From assembly GCF_902713615.1 (NCBI RefSeq), contig NC_052158.1:45719159-45783158 (forward strand): 64,000 nucleotides of DNA, written 5' to 3'. The notes beneath the pieces were generated by a model, which made no database searches, was not told where the DNA came from, and saw only the letters and a list, made by a program, of their open reading frames with translations. The stretch is from Scyliorhinus canicula (taxonomy: Eukaryota). This document shows positions 36,952-51,065 of the stretch, one piece after another. The translations under genes were made by a program, and so were the position numbers. Each line of letters begins with the position of its first letter. The first letter of the stretch is position 1.

Positions 36952-38100
36952 ACAGAGACCATAAGATATAGGAGCAGAATTAGGCCCATCGGGTCTGCTT
37001 CGCCATTCAATCATGGTTGATATTTTTCTCATCCCTATTCTCCTGCCTTATCCCCATAACCCCTGATCCTCTTATTAATCAAGAACCTATCTATCTCTGT
37101 CTTAAAGACACTCAGTGATTTGGCCTCCACAGCCTTCTGCGGCAAAGAGTTCCACAGATTCACCACCTTCTGGCTAAAATTTCTCCTCATCTCAGTTTTA
37201 AAAGATTGTCCGTTTAGTCTGAGATTGTGCCCTCTAGTTCTAGTTTTTCCTACTAGGGGAAACATCCTCTCCACGTCCACTCTATCCAGGCCTCGCAGTA
37301 TCCTGTAAGTTTCAATAAGATTCCCTCTCACCCTTCTAAACTCCAACGAGTACAGACCCAGAATTCTCAACCGTTCCTCATACAAGAAGCTCTTCATTCC
37401 AGGGATCATTCTTGTGAACTTCCTCTGGACTCTTTCCAAGGCTAGCACATCCTTCCTTAAATATGGGGCCCAAACCTGCTCACAATACTCCAAATGGAGT
37501 CTGACCAGAGCCCTAAACAGCCTCAGAAGTACATCCCTACTTTTGTACTCTAGCCTTCTCGACATGAATGCGAACAATCATGTCAACTTCATAACTGCCG
37601 ACTGATCCTTCATGTTAACCTTGAGAGAATCTTGAAAAAGGACTCCCAAGTCCCCTTGTGCTTCTGATTTCCAGAGCATTTCCCCATTTATAAAATAGTC
37701 TATGCCTCCAATATTCCTTCCAGAGTTCATAACCTCACACTTTTCCACATTGTAATCTATCTGCCACTTTTTTGCCCACTCTCCCAGCCTGCCCAAGTCC
37801 TTCTGCAGCTCCCCTGCTTCCTCAATACTATCTGTCCCTCTACAGATTTTTGTATCATCTGCAAACCTAGCAACCATGCCTTCAGTTCCTTCTTCCAAAT
37901 CATTAATGTATATTGTGAACAGTTGTGGTCCCAACACAGACCCCCTGAGGCACACTAGTTACCTGCCATTCTGAAAAAGACACCTTTATTCCCACCTTCT
38001 GCCAGTCAACCAATCCTCTATCCATGCCAGGATCTTACCCTTAACACCATGGGCTCATCTTATTCAACAATCTCCTATGTGGCAGTTTGTCAGGCCTTCT
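36952..38100 (-). mobile_element. 5'-truncated CR1 LINE
   Basis: GSVLGPQLFTIYINDL, FADDTK, LEYCEQVWAPYLRKD. Confidence 0.9.
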
Positions 38101-38269
38101 GGAGGAAGAAACATTCCAGAGAAATCCTGACCAATCGGAAAGGGCCACTAATAAGGCCTTGCAATTCAAAACAGTCCATTGGCCGACAGCCAAGTCCATC
38201 ACGATGTATCAGCACTGATCTCCCTTGAATCTGCTGATCCGAATTCTGAATAGCTGTTGCAACTTGCCT

Positions 38270-41220
38270 TTGTTATAGGGCTTAGAAACTCCAAAGTGTG
38301 TTATGAAGTTCACCTGACCTATAACATTTATGTTGAATTTGGCTAGGATGAATACAAAAGCCTTCGCTTCAGATGTGATTCACCATATTTCCTAGACGAA
38401 AACAAGGTTTATTCTAAAAATGTAGTTAACATATATATATATATATAAACACAGCAACAATTTCTTATCAATTACAAACATAAAGACAACACACCAGCTG
38501 CAGTAATCTATGTTTATAACACTGAATGAATTCCCCCTGGGCAACACGGTGGCACAGTGCTTAACATTGCTGCCTCATGGCACCAAGGTCCCAGGTTCAA
38601 TCCCATCTCTGGCTCACTGTCTATGTCTTTCATTCCATTCTCCCAGTGTTTGCATGGGTTTCACCCGCACAACCCAAAGATGTGCAGCGTAGGTAAATGA
38701 GCCATGCTAAATTGCCCCTTAATTGGAAAAAATGAATTGGGTACGCAAAATTTATTTTTAAAAAATGGATTCCCCTTCAGCTGTTCCAATTCAGTAACAA
38801 AATACAATAAGCCAAAACCTGTTTCAAAGAAGTGGCCCAGCACACTGTATTCTCACTTGACTGGGACTGCTCCTTTCCCTGAGTTTCTGATCCAGTTTCA
38901 ACCAGCAATTTCAACCGGAAAGCAACTCTATCTTTAAAGTTGCCACGGCAGTTTGCCACCCCAATGTGCTTTTCACTGGAACAACTTGGAAAAATGAAAA
39001 CAGACAATAAACATACATACATTTTAAAACATCAAAACAGGCAAATATTTACAATAATACAGTCCATTTTAGTTCTTTGTCTTCCACCATTGAACCTGCT
39101 TCTCTTCATCACATTCGTGACAAAGCCTCGGCTATCATGTTTTCACATCCTCCCACATGTGTAAGTTTTAAATTATTTATTTTTTAAAAATATTTTTATT
39201 CTCCATTTTCACATTTCCTCCCGAATTTACACCCAACAATAAACAATAATCAGTAACGAATGCAATGTCAATCCCCATATCAATAACAACAATCCCATCC
39301 TCCCACCAAAACTTCCAAACATTAGCCCACATGTTAACATAAACAAATAACAAAAAGGAATCAAGAATCACCATAGTCATCATTAACACATAAAGTCCCA
39401 CCCCAACTCTCCCAACTGCCCCCCTAATGGTCGATGTAATCCAATTCTCAAAAGTGGATAACCCCATGAATTGTAGAACCCCTCCATCCTTCCCCTCAGT
39501 TCAAATTTGACCTTCTCAAGAGTCAAGAATTCCAGCAGCCCCCCCCCCCCCCCCCCCCCCCAGGACACAGGGTGGAGACGTTGATCTCCACCCTAACAGG
39601 ATCCGCCTTCGGGCGATCAACGAGGCGAAGGCTACAACATCTGCCTCCCCACCCGTTTCCAACCCCGGCTGGTCCGACACCCCAAATATGGCCACCCGAG
39701 CGCCCGGGGCCAGTTTCATGTGCACCACTTTAGAGATTACTCGAAAAACCTCCTTCCAGTAATTCTCCAGCTTTGGACAGGACCAAAACATATGAACGTG
39801 GTTTGCGGGGTCCTCCCCCAACAATGTTCACACACATCTTCTACCCCCTCAAAGAGCCGGCTCAACCTCGCCCTTGTGACGTGTGCTCCATATACCACCT
39901 TCAGCTTTATCAGCCCAACCTCGCGCACGAGGTGGAGGTGTTCACCCTCCGGAGCACCTCACACCAGAACCCCTCCTCCATACCCTCTCCCAACTCTTCC
40001 ACTTTGTCTTGATCCCTTCCAGCGGTGCCTTTTCTTCCAAAAAAGCCCGTAAACCGCCGACGCTACCCACTTCTCCAGTCCCGGTCGTCAGCATCTCCAG
40101 CAATGCAATGTGGAAGCCGGATCTACTGAGAAGCTCTGTATCTCCTTTCTGGCAAAGTCACAAACCTGCATGTATCTAAATATTTCCTCCTGCTTCAGTC
40201 CTTCTTTGCTCCCAGTTCCTTCAATCCTGCAAACCGACCCCGAAGAAACAAATCTTTTAGTGTCCTAATTCCTTTCTCCTCCCATCTCCGAAAACTTCCC
40301 TGGCTCAAATCTATGGTTCCCCTGAATTGGTATATGTTTTAAAATAAATGGCTGTAATAATAGACTCCATTGAAACAGTCTGCCATTTTTATTCTTGAAT
40401 TCCTCCAAAAACGTCAAAAGGGTTCTGATCAGTATATACAATTGTTTCAGAAGAATTGCTGGTAATATAAATGTTAAAATGTTGCAAAGCCAGCACCAAG
40501 CTCAAAGTCTCCTTTTCAATTGTTGAATACTTCCTCTGGTGGTCATTTAATTTTTTGGAAAAATATCCAATACCCAAATACTCCATTCCTTTGTTGTCTT
40601 CTTGCAAGAGCACGGCACTTACACCCACATCACTCGCCACCTTGTTTTGTGTAATTTAGGGTGGCCAACACAGGAGCAGTGGTTAACACAGCCTTTAGGC
40701 CTTCAAATGCCTGTTGACACTCCGCCGTCGACTGAAATTTGTTACGTTTCTTCAGTACGTCCATCAGTGGAGCAACCACGCTGCATAAAACAACTCAGGC
40801 CAAGAAATCTCATTATTTCCCTTTGTGTCAAAGGTATTGAGAACTCCCTAATAACTTTTATTTTCACATACCGTGGGACCATTTGTTCATTTCCAATTGT
40901 ATGGAAAAGGAACGTGACTTGGGCTTTTCCAAACTCACTTTTGGCTCGGTTTACCACCAAACCCGCCTCCTGAAGTAGATTGAATAACTCCATCAGATGC
41001 TTCAAATGGTCTTTCCATGCCTGACTAAAAATCACTAGATCGTCTATGTACACTGCACAATTGGGTATTCCTGAAATCACTTTGTTGAACTGTGGCTGGG
41101 GCATTTTTCATGCCAAATGCCATAACTTTGAATTGGTATATACATTATCATTTAGAGTCACAAAAGCTGAAATCTCCTTCACCCTTTCGGATAAAAGTAC
41201 TTTGAGTAAATCCAGTTTAG
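38270..41220 (-). mobile_element. Decayed Gypsy element (pol fragments 40330-41220, LTR-like part ~38270-39000) interrupted by SINE 38538-38765 and L1
   Basis: YIDDLVIFS (RT), ASDVGVSAVLLQ...YSTIEKETLSLVLAL (RNase H); LTR extent uncertain. Confidence 0.7.
39175..40330 (-). mobile_element. L1 3' fragment
   Basis: ANHVHMFWSCPKL, LEFLTLEKVKFELRG, A-rich tail at 39175-39200. Confidence 0.85.
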
Positions 41221-41259
41221 GTTCTTGTGACCTGAATGTGGTGGTGAAAAACAGTTTAT

Positions 41260-44200
41260 TCCGTCCCATTCTGCATTGTTTCCAAGGGCTTGAATTGATT
41301 ATTAGGTGATCAGTCCTGTGAAGGATTAGGTGTACAGCATCCACACAGTATTGGAACAGCACTCCAACGATTTTGAGCAAATTGACTACAATTTCAGTGA
41401 TGTGTTCACAGGTTTTGGTGCAGTACCATTCACCTTCAAGATACAACTTAAAGAGGATGCAAAACCTGTGATATATGCACCAAGAAGAGTACCTGCATCC
41501 CTTTGCGATCACCTCAAAAAGGAGCTAGACAGAATGACAAAACATTTTTAAAAATATATATATTGTATTGAGGCATTTACATTATAAATTTTAACATAAT
41601 GAACAACCATACATCAAGAAAAACAAACACCCAGCCAACATGGCTTATACAACCAACACCCCAACAATAATTCCCCACCAACCTACCCCTACCGTACCCA
41701 ATTCCCCCTGCCTCCCCTTTATAACCCCACCCCCACCCCTGCTGACAGCTTAGTCCATTCCAAAGAAGTCGATAAATAGCTGCCACCTCCGGGCAAACCC
41801 TAGCATCAAGCCCTTTAGGGCGAACTTAATTTTTTCAAGCCTGAGAAACCCAGCCATGTCACAACAGAATTACAAAATTAAAAGCAATCAGAAAGATAGA
41901 AGAACCTACCGATTGTGTATATTCCACGGTATGTGTAAAGAAAATGAATGGCGATATTTACATATGTATGGATCCCTAAGATCTTAATAATATCAAATGA
42001 GAATACTGCCAAATACCAAAGCATGAGGAAATCACATCTGAGATGGCTGGTGCTCAATTTTTTACGAAACTTGGCGCATTTCAAGAGGTTTCTGGCAGCT
42101 AAAGCTAGAGGAACAAAGTATAAAGTACTGCACTTTTAATACGCCATTTGGATGGTATTGCTTTCTGAGAATGCGGTCTGGCATGATTTTTGCATCAGAA
42201 ATTTTTTACCGTGCCATGGAGCACATTATCGAAGGCATCGAAGTGTACGTGGCTTACATCATAATTTGGGGCTCAACCATAGAAGAGCACAATACGAGGT
42301 TGCTTAAAGTTCAAATGAGCGTCAGGAGAAATGTGCTGGGGGAGGCGATGGCACAGTGGTATTGTCACTGGACTAGTAATCCAGAGAGAATAATAATTAT
42401 TATTATAAGGTCATATTCCTAGGTGACAAGCTCTCATCACCTGGCATTGATCCTGACAAGGACAAAATCCAAGCAATTCTCAACATGCCAAAACCACACA
42501 ACAAGAAAGCCATCTTAAGAGTAATGGGTATGATCAATTTTATAGGGAAATTCATTCCAACCCAGTCAGCAGAAACACATCTACGTGATCTGGACAAGAC
42601 AATGGATTTCACATGGACTGAGCAACATGAACAAGAGTGGAAGCTCAAGACTTCACTAACCACCGCACCAGTTCTCACATATTTTTGACCCATCTAAGCA
42701 GATTAAAGTGCCAACAGACATGTCCAAAGATGGTCCAGGAGCAGTTCCTCTGAAACTCGAGTATGACAATTGGAAACCCAGTTGCATATGCATCATGCTC
42801 CATGTTGACAACTGAACAGAGGTATCCTCAAATCTAAAAAGAATGCCGAGGTTTAGTTGTAGGCTTGGAGAAATTCCAAGGCTACGTGTATGTCTTCCAA
42901 CTTTCACAGTTGAGACAGATCATCGTCCCTTGGTTAACATCACCAAGAGGAATCTCAACCAAATGTCTCTGTAATTCAGAGGTTGATGATGAAGTTACAA
43001 TGCTATAACTTCAATGTCATCAACATTCCAGCAAATATTTGCTTTTAGCAGATGCATTATCGAGAGCGCCGATACATAATATTAGTAGAGAAATTGCTGA
43101 AGATGTAGATCTGCATGTCAATCTTATTTCCACACTACCACCAGTATCAGATACGAAACTATGTGAGATCCAAGATGAGACCAGGAAGGATCAAACTCTT
43201 CAAGAGGTGATGAGGAACTTCAACACACACTGGCCCAGAGGTCAATGAATGGAGTTCTACAATATAAGATCTGAACTCAGTATCATAAATGGAGTGGTAC
43301 TTCGTTTGAACATTATAGTTATACCTCAATCTCTTTGCAAGGATGAACTGAAGAGGACATGAAAGACATCTGGGGATTGAGAAGTATAAACGGAGAGCTT
43401 GTGACTCTGTTTACTAGCCAGGTATAAACCAGGATATTGACAGGATGGTCAGTTGTTGTGACACATGCCAGATGCATCATTGCAAGAGAACCTATTCAAA
43501 TGTCTAATTTACCCACGGCACCATGGCAGAAAGTAGCTATGGATCTCTTTCACCTACGAGGGAAAGATTATATAATGATCATAGACTATTTTTCAAACTA
43601 TCTCGAAATGGCTCTACTGTCAAGCATAACGTCAAGCAGTGTAATACTGCATACCAAATCAATTTTTGCTTGACATGGAATTCCGGCATGAGTGACAACG
43701 GTCCTTGTTTTAGTTGTAAAGTGTTGCAACACTTAGCAGTCATATATGATTTCAATCATGTAACGTCAAGTCCATTGTACCCACAAGCCAATGGAAAAGC
43801 CAAAAAAGGTGTATATTGTCAAGCAATTGTTGAAGAAGACAATGGACAGCCAATCTGATCCATATCTTGCACTATTGTATTACAGAGCATCACCATTGCC
43901 ACATGGGAGATTGCGAGCAGAGTTACTTTTTTTTTTCAACTTAGGGAGTACCCAATTCATTTTTTCCAATTAAGGGGCAATTTAGCATTGCCAATCCACC
44001 TACCCTGCACATCTTTGTGTTGTGGGTATGAAACCCACTCAAACTTGGGGAGAATGTGCAAAAATGGGGACAGTGACCCAGGACCGGATCGAACCTGGGA
44101 CCTTAGCGCCGCGAGGCAGCAGTACTAACCACTGTGCCACCATGCTGCAAGAGCAGAGTTACTCATGAATAGAAGGTTGCATGCTACACTTCCATATTTG

Positions 44201-44990
44201 GCAAAGCAACATTAAAGCAAAACAAAAGGAATTCTATGATAGAGTATCTAGAACTTTACCACCTCTAAATAGTGATGACATTGTGAGAATAGAAGATTCA
44301 GGCAATTGGTCGAGAAAAGCCATTGGACTTGAAGAAGTAGCACCTCGTTCCTACAATGTACAGACAGAGGAAGGGTTGGTTTTAAGAAGAAATTGTCGCG
44401 CGCCATTGAAAACCAGAGAAGACTTTCACAACGTGATAGATGATGAATCTACATCAGAATCAACGTCAGCTGCAGTGTGAGATAGTTCAGCAGTTCCTTA
44501 GCAGGAGTGTCATGGAGAACATTGAATCTACAAGTTCTGAGCTGCAAGGTCAAACTTTGAGAAGATCATCCAGAGTAGGAAGAAAACCTGATCGACCCAA
44601 TTTGTGGATTTTAACTATTTGCACATACTATGCATGCTGTTCTTGTATATATATATATTTGTTAAACCAGTTTTAAAAATTTTAAAGAAAAATAATACTG
44701 TTTGACTCACAGGCTAATGATATACATGCAAATATACTGCTGATAATATACTAATGTATTCCTTCAAAGGGATGTAGTGATATCATGGTTGAGTTATGCT
44801 TCACCGACTGACCATTAGGAGTCTCATTAGTATATGTGACTGTTAGAGTCAGCTGACCTCAGACTTACTAGTGAGCTGGGAGAGAGGTTGCTTGTGCATG
44901 TTCATACTATTATTCATCTGTTTGTATATATTTGACCCACAGTTAATGTTCATAAATTATTTATAGCTTCAGCTACAACTGTTCTTGTAA
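41260..44990 (+). mobile_element. Decayed Gypsy (Mag/K02A2.6-like) LTR retrotransposon: RT, RNase H, integrase, PPT, partial 3' LTR from 44773
   Basis: PVIYAPRRVP, ADALSRAP, PWQKVAMDLF, SDNGPCF, SSPLYPQANG, VAPRSYNVQT; aaaggga|TG; nested L1 fragment 41543-41865 (near-TSD cagaatgacaaaa / cagaattacaaaa) and SINE 43930-44148. Confidence 0.88.
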
Positions 44991-47900
44991 TAGGTTTCTC
45001 CTGAATTTCTAATTGGACTTATTACTGATTGTATTTCTGGACCTAGTTTCAGACTCCCCACACATGTGGGAACACCTTCTCTCCATTTACCCCCAAATCC
45101 TTAATTTTATAATTCATAATTATGTCCTCTCTCAGTCTTTTGTATGGAAAAGAGTGCCAGTCTGTTCAATCTTTCCTGATAGTTACAATCTCTCAAGTTA
45201 CAATCTCTCAATTTCATCCTTATCTATGTTTTTTGCACCATCACCAATTCCTTTCTGTCCTTTTTCAATATGTTGATCTGAACTGTGCACAGTCCCCCAA
45301 GTAGTCTAAACAAGGTTCCAGACAAGTTCAATATCACTTCTCTGCTTTTCAATTCAATTCCTCCAAATATTGGACCAAATAGACCCCATTTTGATATTTT
45401 ATGTTCTTGTTACTTCTAATGATTGATGAATCTGTAGCTCTGTCCTTGCTCAACTTGTAAATATGACCGTTGGTCCTCCCTAATCTCTCCAATTGAAATA
45501 ATTTGTCCCCAAGAAGACAAACTGTTGTTATTTCATCCTGTGGGAACGAAAGAGACTCACGGTTGGTGTGTTGCCTCCCAGGTGCCAGGGTTCGTGATGT
45601 CTCTGATCGTGTTTTTGGGATCCTTAAGGGGGAGGGGGAGCAGCCCCAAGTCGTGGTCCACATAGGCACCAATGACATAGGTAGGAAAAGAGATGGGGAT
45701 TTGAGACAGAAATTCAGGGAGCTAGGTTGGAAGCTGAGAGCTAGAACAAACAGAGTTGTTATCTCTGGGTTGTTACCCGTGCCACGTGCTAGCGAAGTGG
45801 CAATAAGGAGAGAGAGGAGTTGAACACGTGTCTACAGGGATGGTGCAGGAGGGTGGGTTTTGGTTTCCTGGATAATTGGGGCTCATTCTGGGGTAGGTGG
45901 GACCTCTACAAACAGGATGGTCTTCACCTGAACCAGAGGGGTACCAATATCCTGGGGGGGAGATTTGCTAGTGCTCTTCGGGGGGGTTTAAACTAATTCA
46001 GCAGGGAGATGGGAACCTAAATTGTACTCCCAGTGTACAGGATGTTGAGAGTAGTGAGGTCAGGGATAGGGTTAAAAGTTCGAAAGAGGGCACCGGCAAG
46101 CAAGATGCTGGTTTGAAGTGTGTCTACTTCAACGCCAGGAGCATCCGGAATAAGGTGGGTGAGCTTGCAGCATGGGTTGGTACCTGGGATCTCGATGTTG
46201 TGGCGTTTTCGGAGACATGGGTAGAGCAGGGACAGGATGGTTGTTGCAGGTTCCAGGATTTAGATGTTTCTGTAAGAACAGAGAAGATGGTAAAAGAGGG
46301 GTGGGGTGTGGCATTGTTAATCAAGGAAAGTATTACGGTGGCAGAAAGGACGTTTGAGGACTCGTCTACTGAGGTAGTATGGGCCGAGGTTAGGAACAGG
46401 AGAGGAGAGGTCACCCTGTTGGGCGTTGTCCATAGACCAAATAGTTCTAGAGATGTAGAGGAAAGGATAGCAAAGATGATTCTCGACAGGAGCGAGAGTA
46501 ACAGGGTAGTTGTTATAGGGGACTTTAACTTTCCAAATATTGACTGGAAATACTATAGTTCGAGTACTATAGATGGGTCAGTTTTTGTGCAGTGTGTGCA
46601 GGAGGGTTTTCTGACACAGTATGTAGATAGGCCAACAAGGGGCGATGCCACATTGGATTTGGTACTGGGTAATGAACCCGGCCAGGTGTTAGATTTAGAT
46701 GTAGGTGAGCACTTTGGTGATACTGATCACAATTCGGTTATGTTTACTTTAGCGATGGGCAGGGATAGGTATATACCGCAAGGCAAGAATTATAGCTGGG
46801 GGAAAGGCAATTATGATGCTATTCGGCAAGATTTAGGATGTATAGGATGAGGAAGGAAACTGCAGGGAATGGGTACAATCGAAATGTGGAGCTTTTTCAA
46901 GGAACAGCTACTGCGTGTCCTTGATAAGTATGTACCTGTCAGGCAGGGAGGAAGTTGTCGAGCAAGGGAACCGTGGTTTACTAAGGAAGTTGAAGCACTT
47001 GTCAAGAGGAAGAAGAAGGCTTATGTTAGGATGAGACATGAAGGCTCAGTTAGGGCACTTGAGAGTTACAAGTTAGCCAGGAAGGACCTAAAGGGAGAGT
47101 TAAGAAGAGCGAGGAGAGGACACGAAAAGTCATTGGCAGATAGGATCAAGGAAAACCCTAAGGCTTTCTATAGGTATATCAGGAACAAAAGAATGACTAG
47201 AGTAAGATTAGGGCCAATCAAGGATAGTAGTGGAAAGTTGTGTGTGGAATCAGAGGAGATAGGGGAAGCGTTAAATGGATATTTTTCGTCAGTGTTTACA
47301 CTGGAGAAAGATAATGTTGTCGAGTAGAATACTCAGGTACAGTCAACCAGGCTAGATGGGATTGAGGTTCACAAGGAGGAGGTGTTAGCAATTTTGGAAA
47401 GTGTAAAAATAGATAAGTCCCCTGGGCCAGATGGGATTTATCCTAGGATTCTCTGGGAAGCCAGGGAGGAGATTGCAGAGCCTTTGTCCTTGATTTTTAT
47501 GTCGTCTTTGTCGACAGGAATAGTGCCGGAAGACTGGAGGATAGCAAATGTTGTCCCCTTGTTCAAGAAGGGGAGTAGAGACAACCCTGGTAATTATAGA
47601 CCTGTGAGCCTTACTTCGGTTGTGGGTAAAATGTTGGAAAAGGTTATAAGAGATAGGGTTTATAATCATCTTGAAAAGGACAAGTTGATTAGCGATACTC
47701 AACACGGTTTTGTGAAGGGTTAGGTCATGCCTCACAAACCTTATTGAGTTTTTTGAGAAGGTGACCAAACAGGTGGATGAGGGTAAAGCGGTTAATGTGG
47801 TGTATATGGATTTCAGTAAGGCGTTTGATAATGTTCCCCACGGTAGGCTATTGCAGAAAATACGGAAGTATGGGATTGAAGGTGATTTAGCGGTTTGGAT

Positions 47901-49205
47901 CAGTAATTGGCTAGCTGAAAGAAGACAGAGGATGGTGGTTGATGGCAAATGTTCATCCTGGAGTTCAGTTACTAGTGGTGTACCGCAAGGGTCTGTTTTG
48001 GGGCCACTGCTGTTTGTCATTTTTATAAATGACCTGGAAGAGGGTGTGGAAGGATGGGTTAGTAAATTTGCAGATGACACGAAGGTCGGTGGAGTTGTGG
48101 ATAGTGCTGAAGGATGTTATAGGTTACAGAGGGACATAGATAAGCTGCAGAGCTGGGCTGAGAGGTGGCAGATGGAGTTTAATGCGGAAAAGTGTGAGGT
48201 GGTTCACTTTGGAAGGAGTAACAGGAATGCAGAGTACTGGGCTAATGGCAAGATTCTTGGTAGTGTAGATGAACAGAGAGATCTCGGCATCCAGGTACAT
48301 AAATCCCTGAAAGTGGCACCCAGGTTATTAGGGCTGTTAAGAAGGCATATGGTGTGCTCAGGGACTTGAAGTTGTTTTCGTTAGAGAGGTGAAGGCTGAG
48401 AGGTGACTTAATAGAGACATATAAGATAGTCAGAGGGTTAGATAGGGTGGACAGTGAGAGTCTTTTTCCTTGGATGGTGATGACCAACACGAGGGGACAT
48501 AGCTTTAAATTGAGGGGTGGTAGATATAGGACAGATGTCAGAGGCAATTTCTTTACTCAGAGAGTAGTAGGGGTGTGGAACGCCCTGCCTGCAACAATAG
48601 TAGACTCGCCAAATTTAAGGGCATTTAAGTGGTCACTGGATAGACAAATGGATGAAAATGGAATAGTGTTGGTCAGATAGGCTTCAGATGGTTTCACGGG
48701 TTGGCGCAACATCGAGGGCCGAAGGGCCCGTACTGCGCTGTAATGTTCTATGTTCTAAGCTCCATCAAATCAGCCCAGTTTCCACTTCCCTAAAGTGCAC
48801 ACAGCCAGCTCTTGGAATCCGATGCGGCAAAATACTGTGAATGCTGGAAATGTGATAGAGGTTCAGAAAATGCTGGAAATGCTCAGGTCAGGCAATGTCT
48901 GTGGAGAAAGAAGCAACCTCTTTGCAGCCTTTGACATGTCCGACCACACTATCCTCCTCCTGCAACTCTATGTTGTCCAGTCAGTGGGACTGCTATGACT
49001 TGTGGCACTTTTTCCTCTTCAGTTCTACGCAGAGAATCTGCTGCAATGGTGAATCTTCCCACCGCCATCGCTCTGGTTCCTCCCAAGGGTCAAACTCTGC
49101 TTTTCAATTCGATTCAGCCGCTCGGGCTCGCGCTTCCTCACATTCCAACTCTAGAACGCTGGGCGCCAAAGCCGCTGCGCGCGGCAGAACTACAATTCCC
49201 ATCAG
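44991..49205 (+). repeat. Inverted duplicate of 25545-27210, interrupted by a CR1
   Basis: 44991-45534~rc26345-27210; 48758-49205~rc25545-25955/26330-26342. Confidence 0.85.
45535..48757 (+). mobile_element. CR1/HER1 LINE (ORF1 esterase C-term, ORF2 EN+RT), inactivated
   Basis: VVVHIGTNDIG, YFNARSIRNK, GDFNFPNIDW, SPGPDGIYPR, KFADDTK; gttctatgttcta tail; empty site in paralog near 26340. Confidence 0.93.
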
Positions 49206-49400
49206 GCACCGCGGGCCGCCCCCCGATTTGGTCGTGCTTTCGCAGGCGCGGGCTCTCGCGCAGTCAGGGTAATGGGTGGGTTTGAGCCTGTCTCCACCGC
49301 GCCTGCGCACTACCCGGAAGGCGGCTTGAGGAACCCCCAGCAGCAGCCGCTGGCTTTCCAGAGGAGACTGGATGGTGATGGAAAATGTGAACAAATGGGA
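49100..49400 (+). promoter_or_regulatory. CpG-rich promoter upstream of ZNF-D
   Basis: ACTACAATTCCCATCAGGCACCGCG (ZNF143-type) at 49189-49213, GCGCCTGCGCA (NRF1-like), CCGGAAG (ETS). Confidence 0.7.
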
Positions 49401-49752
49401 AAGGAAACACTGGAAAAGGCAGAACTCCCTGGATGGTGAAACAGGTGGAATATAGGATGTGGCAGGGTGTCAGTTTAATAATTCAAATGATAATCAGGAT
49501 GTAAAGTGAGAGGATGAGTAGAGACTTGATCTAAACAATGAGAACATTTGATAGGCAAATAAATACTTCAAATTTAGTAAGGTTATTGATGGGTGAATTA
49601 GGGACCAGAAAGGAGATGAAGTTTTGGAGACATAGAGTGTGATGGAGATACTAAAAGATAATCTTGTCCTTGCCAAAGGTGAAGATGCTGCTGAAACCAT
49701 AGCGACAGAGGAGATAATTGAAACACTGGGGGTGTTAAAATTAATAAAGAGA

Positions 49753-49976
49753 GGGCAGCACGGTGGTGCGATGGTTAGCATTGCTGCCTCACGGCGCCGA
49801 GGTCCCAGGTTCGATCCCGGCTCTGGCTCACTGTCCGTGTGGAGTTTGTACATTCTCCCCGTGTTTGAGTGGGTTTCGCCTCCACAACCGAAAGATGTGC
49901 AGGCTGGGTGGATTGACCACACTAAATTGCCCCTTAATTGGAAAAAATGAATTGGGTACACAAAATTTTTTTTTTA
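49753..49976 (+). mobile_element. SINE (short HE1-related) within an old CR1 fragment
   Basis: tRNA-like head and core. Confidence 0.85.
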
Positions 49977-50631
49977 ATTAATGAAGAGTATGTATCAGAA
50001 AGGTTGGTGTATTTAAAGTTGCTGTCCCCAAGACCAAATTACATGTCCAACTGGGAAGTATGGAGTGAAAATCCTATAGAGATTAGGGAGGCCATAACTT
50101 TCAATCTTTCTGAGACTCGGGGTGCCAAAGGGCTAGAGAATTTCAAAGTTTAGAGCCTTGTTGGCAAAATCATGGAAGGATGACTTTAACCTCGGTGGTG
50201 GGAAAGCTTTTAGACCCAATAATCCAGCACAAAATTAAGAATCTGGTAAAAATGGATTAAATTAAGACAGCATTTAATTTTTCAGGGCAAAAAAAATCAA
50301 GGTAATATGTGCCTGAGTGTGATATCAAGGCTGGAATTGTGTGTGGGGGGGTGGGGTGGGGTGGGGGGGGGGGGGAGGGTGGGGGGGGGGGAGACTCTCC
50401 GCTGGTTAGTCATACCTAGCACAAAAGAAGACTTGGGTGCCAAAGGTGTGCATGTTAGCTGGATTGACCATTCTAAATTGCTCCTTAGTGCTCAGAGGTT
50501 AGGTGAGGTTACAGGGCTTGGGCAGAAGAGAGGGCATGGGTGGGGTTCACCTTGAGGGAGTCGGTGAAGACTCGATGGGCTGAATGGCCCCCTTCTGCAC
50601 TGTCACGATTCTATGAAGATAGTTAATTAAA

Positions 50632-50858
50632 ACATTTTTTTAAAGTAGTCAATTCATTTTTTACCAATTAAGGGGCAGTTTAGCGTGGCCAATCCACCTA
50701 CCCTGCACATTTTTGGGTTTGGGTTGTAGGGGTGAGACTCACGCAGACACAGGGAGAATGTGCAAACTCCACATGGACAGTGACCTAGGGCCGGGATCGA
50801 ACCCAGGTCCTAGGCCCTGTGGGGCAGCAGTGCTAACCACTGCACCGTCATGCCGCCC
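50632..50858 (-). mobile_element. SINE, next to a partial + strand SINE (50440-50595)
   Basis: Core and head; flanking tatgaagatagtt repeat. Confidence 0.8.
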
Positions 50859-51065
50859 TTTATGAAGATAGTTGTGACGGTTGAAGGTCAGTCATCTCAG
50901 TTCCAGCACATCACTGCAGAAATTCCTGAGTATAGTGTCCGAGGCTGAACCATTGTTTCATCAATGACCGTCTTGTCATCTTAAGGTCAGAAATGGGGAT
51001 GTTCATTTGTTCACTATCCTTTGCAACTGCTCATTATTGACACAGTCTGTCTCCATATGCAGCAA

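Noticed and set aside
45503-45823. SGNH/GDSL esterase-like ORF (also 19524-19802 region)
   Set aside because: Known CR1 ORF1 esterase domain directly upstream of LINE ORF2
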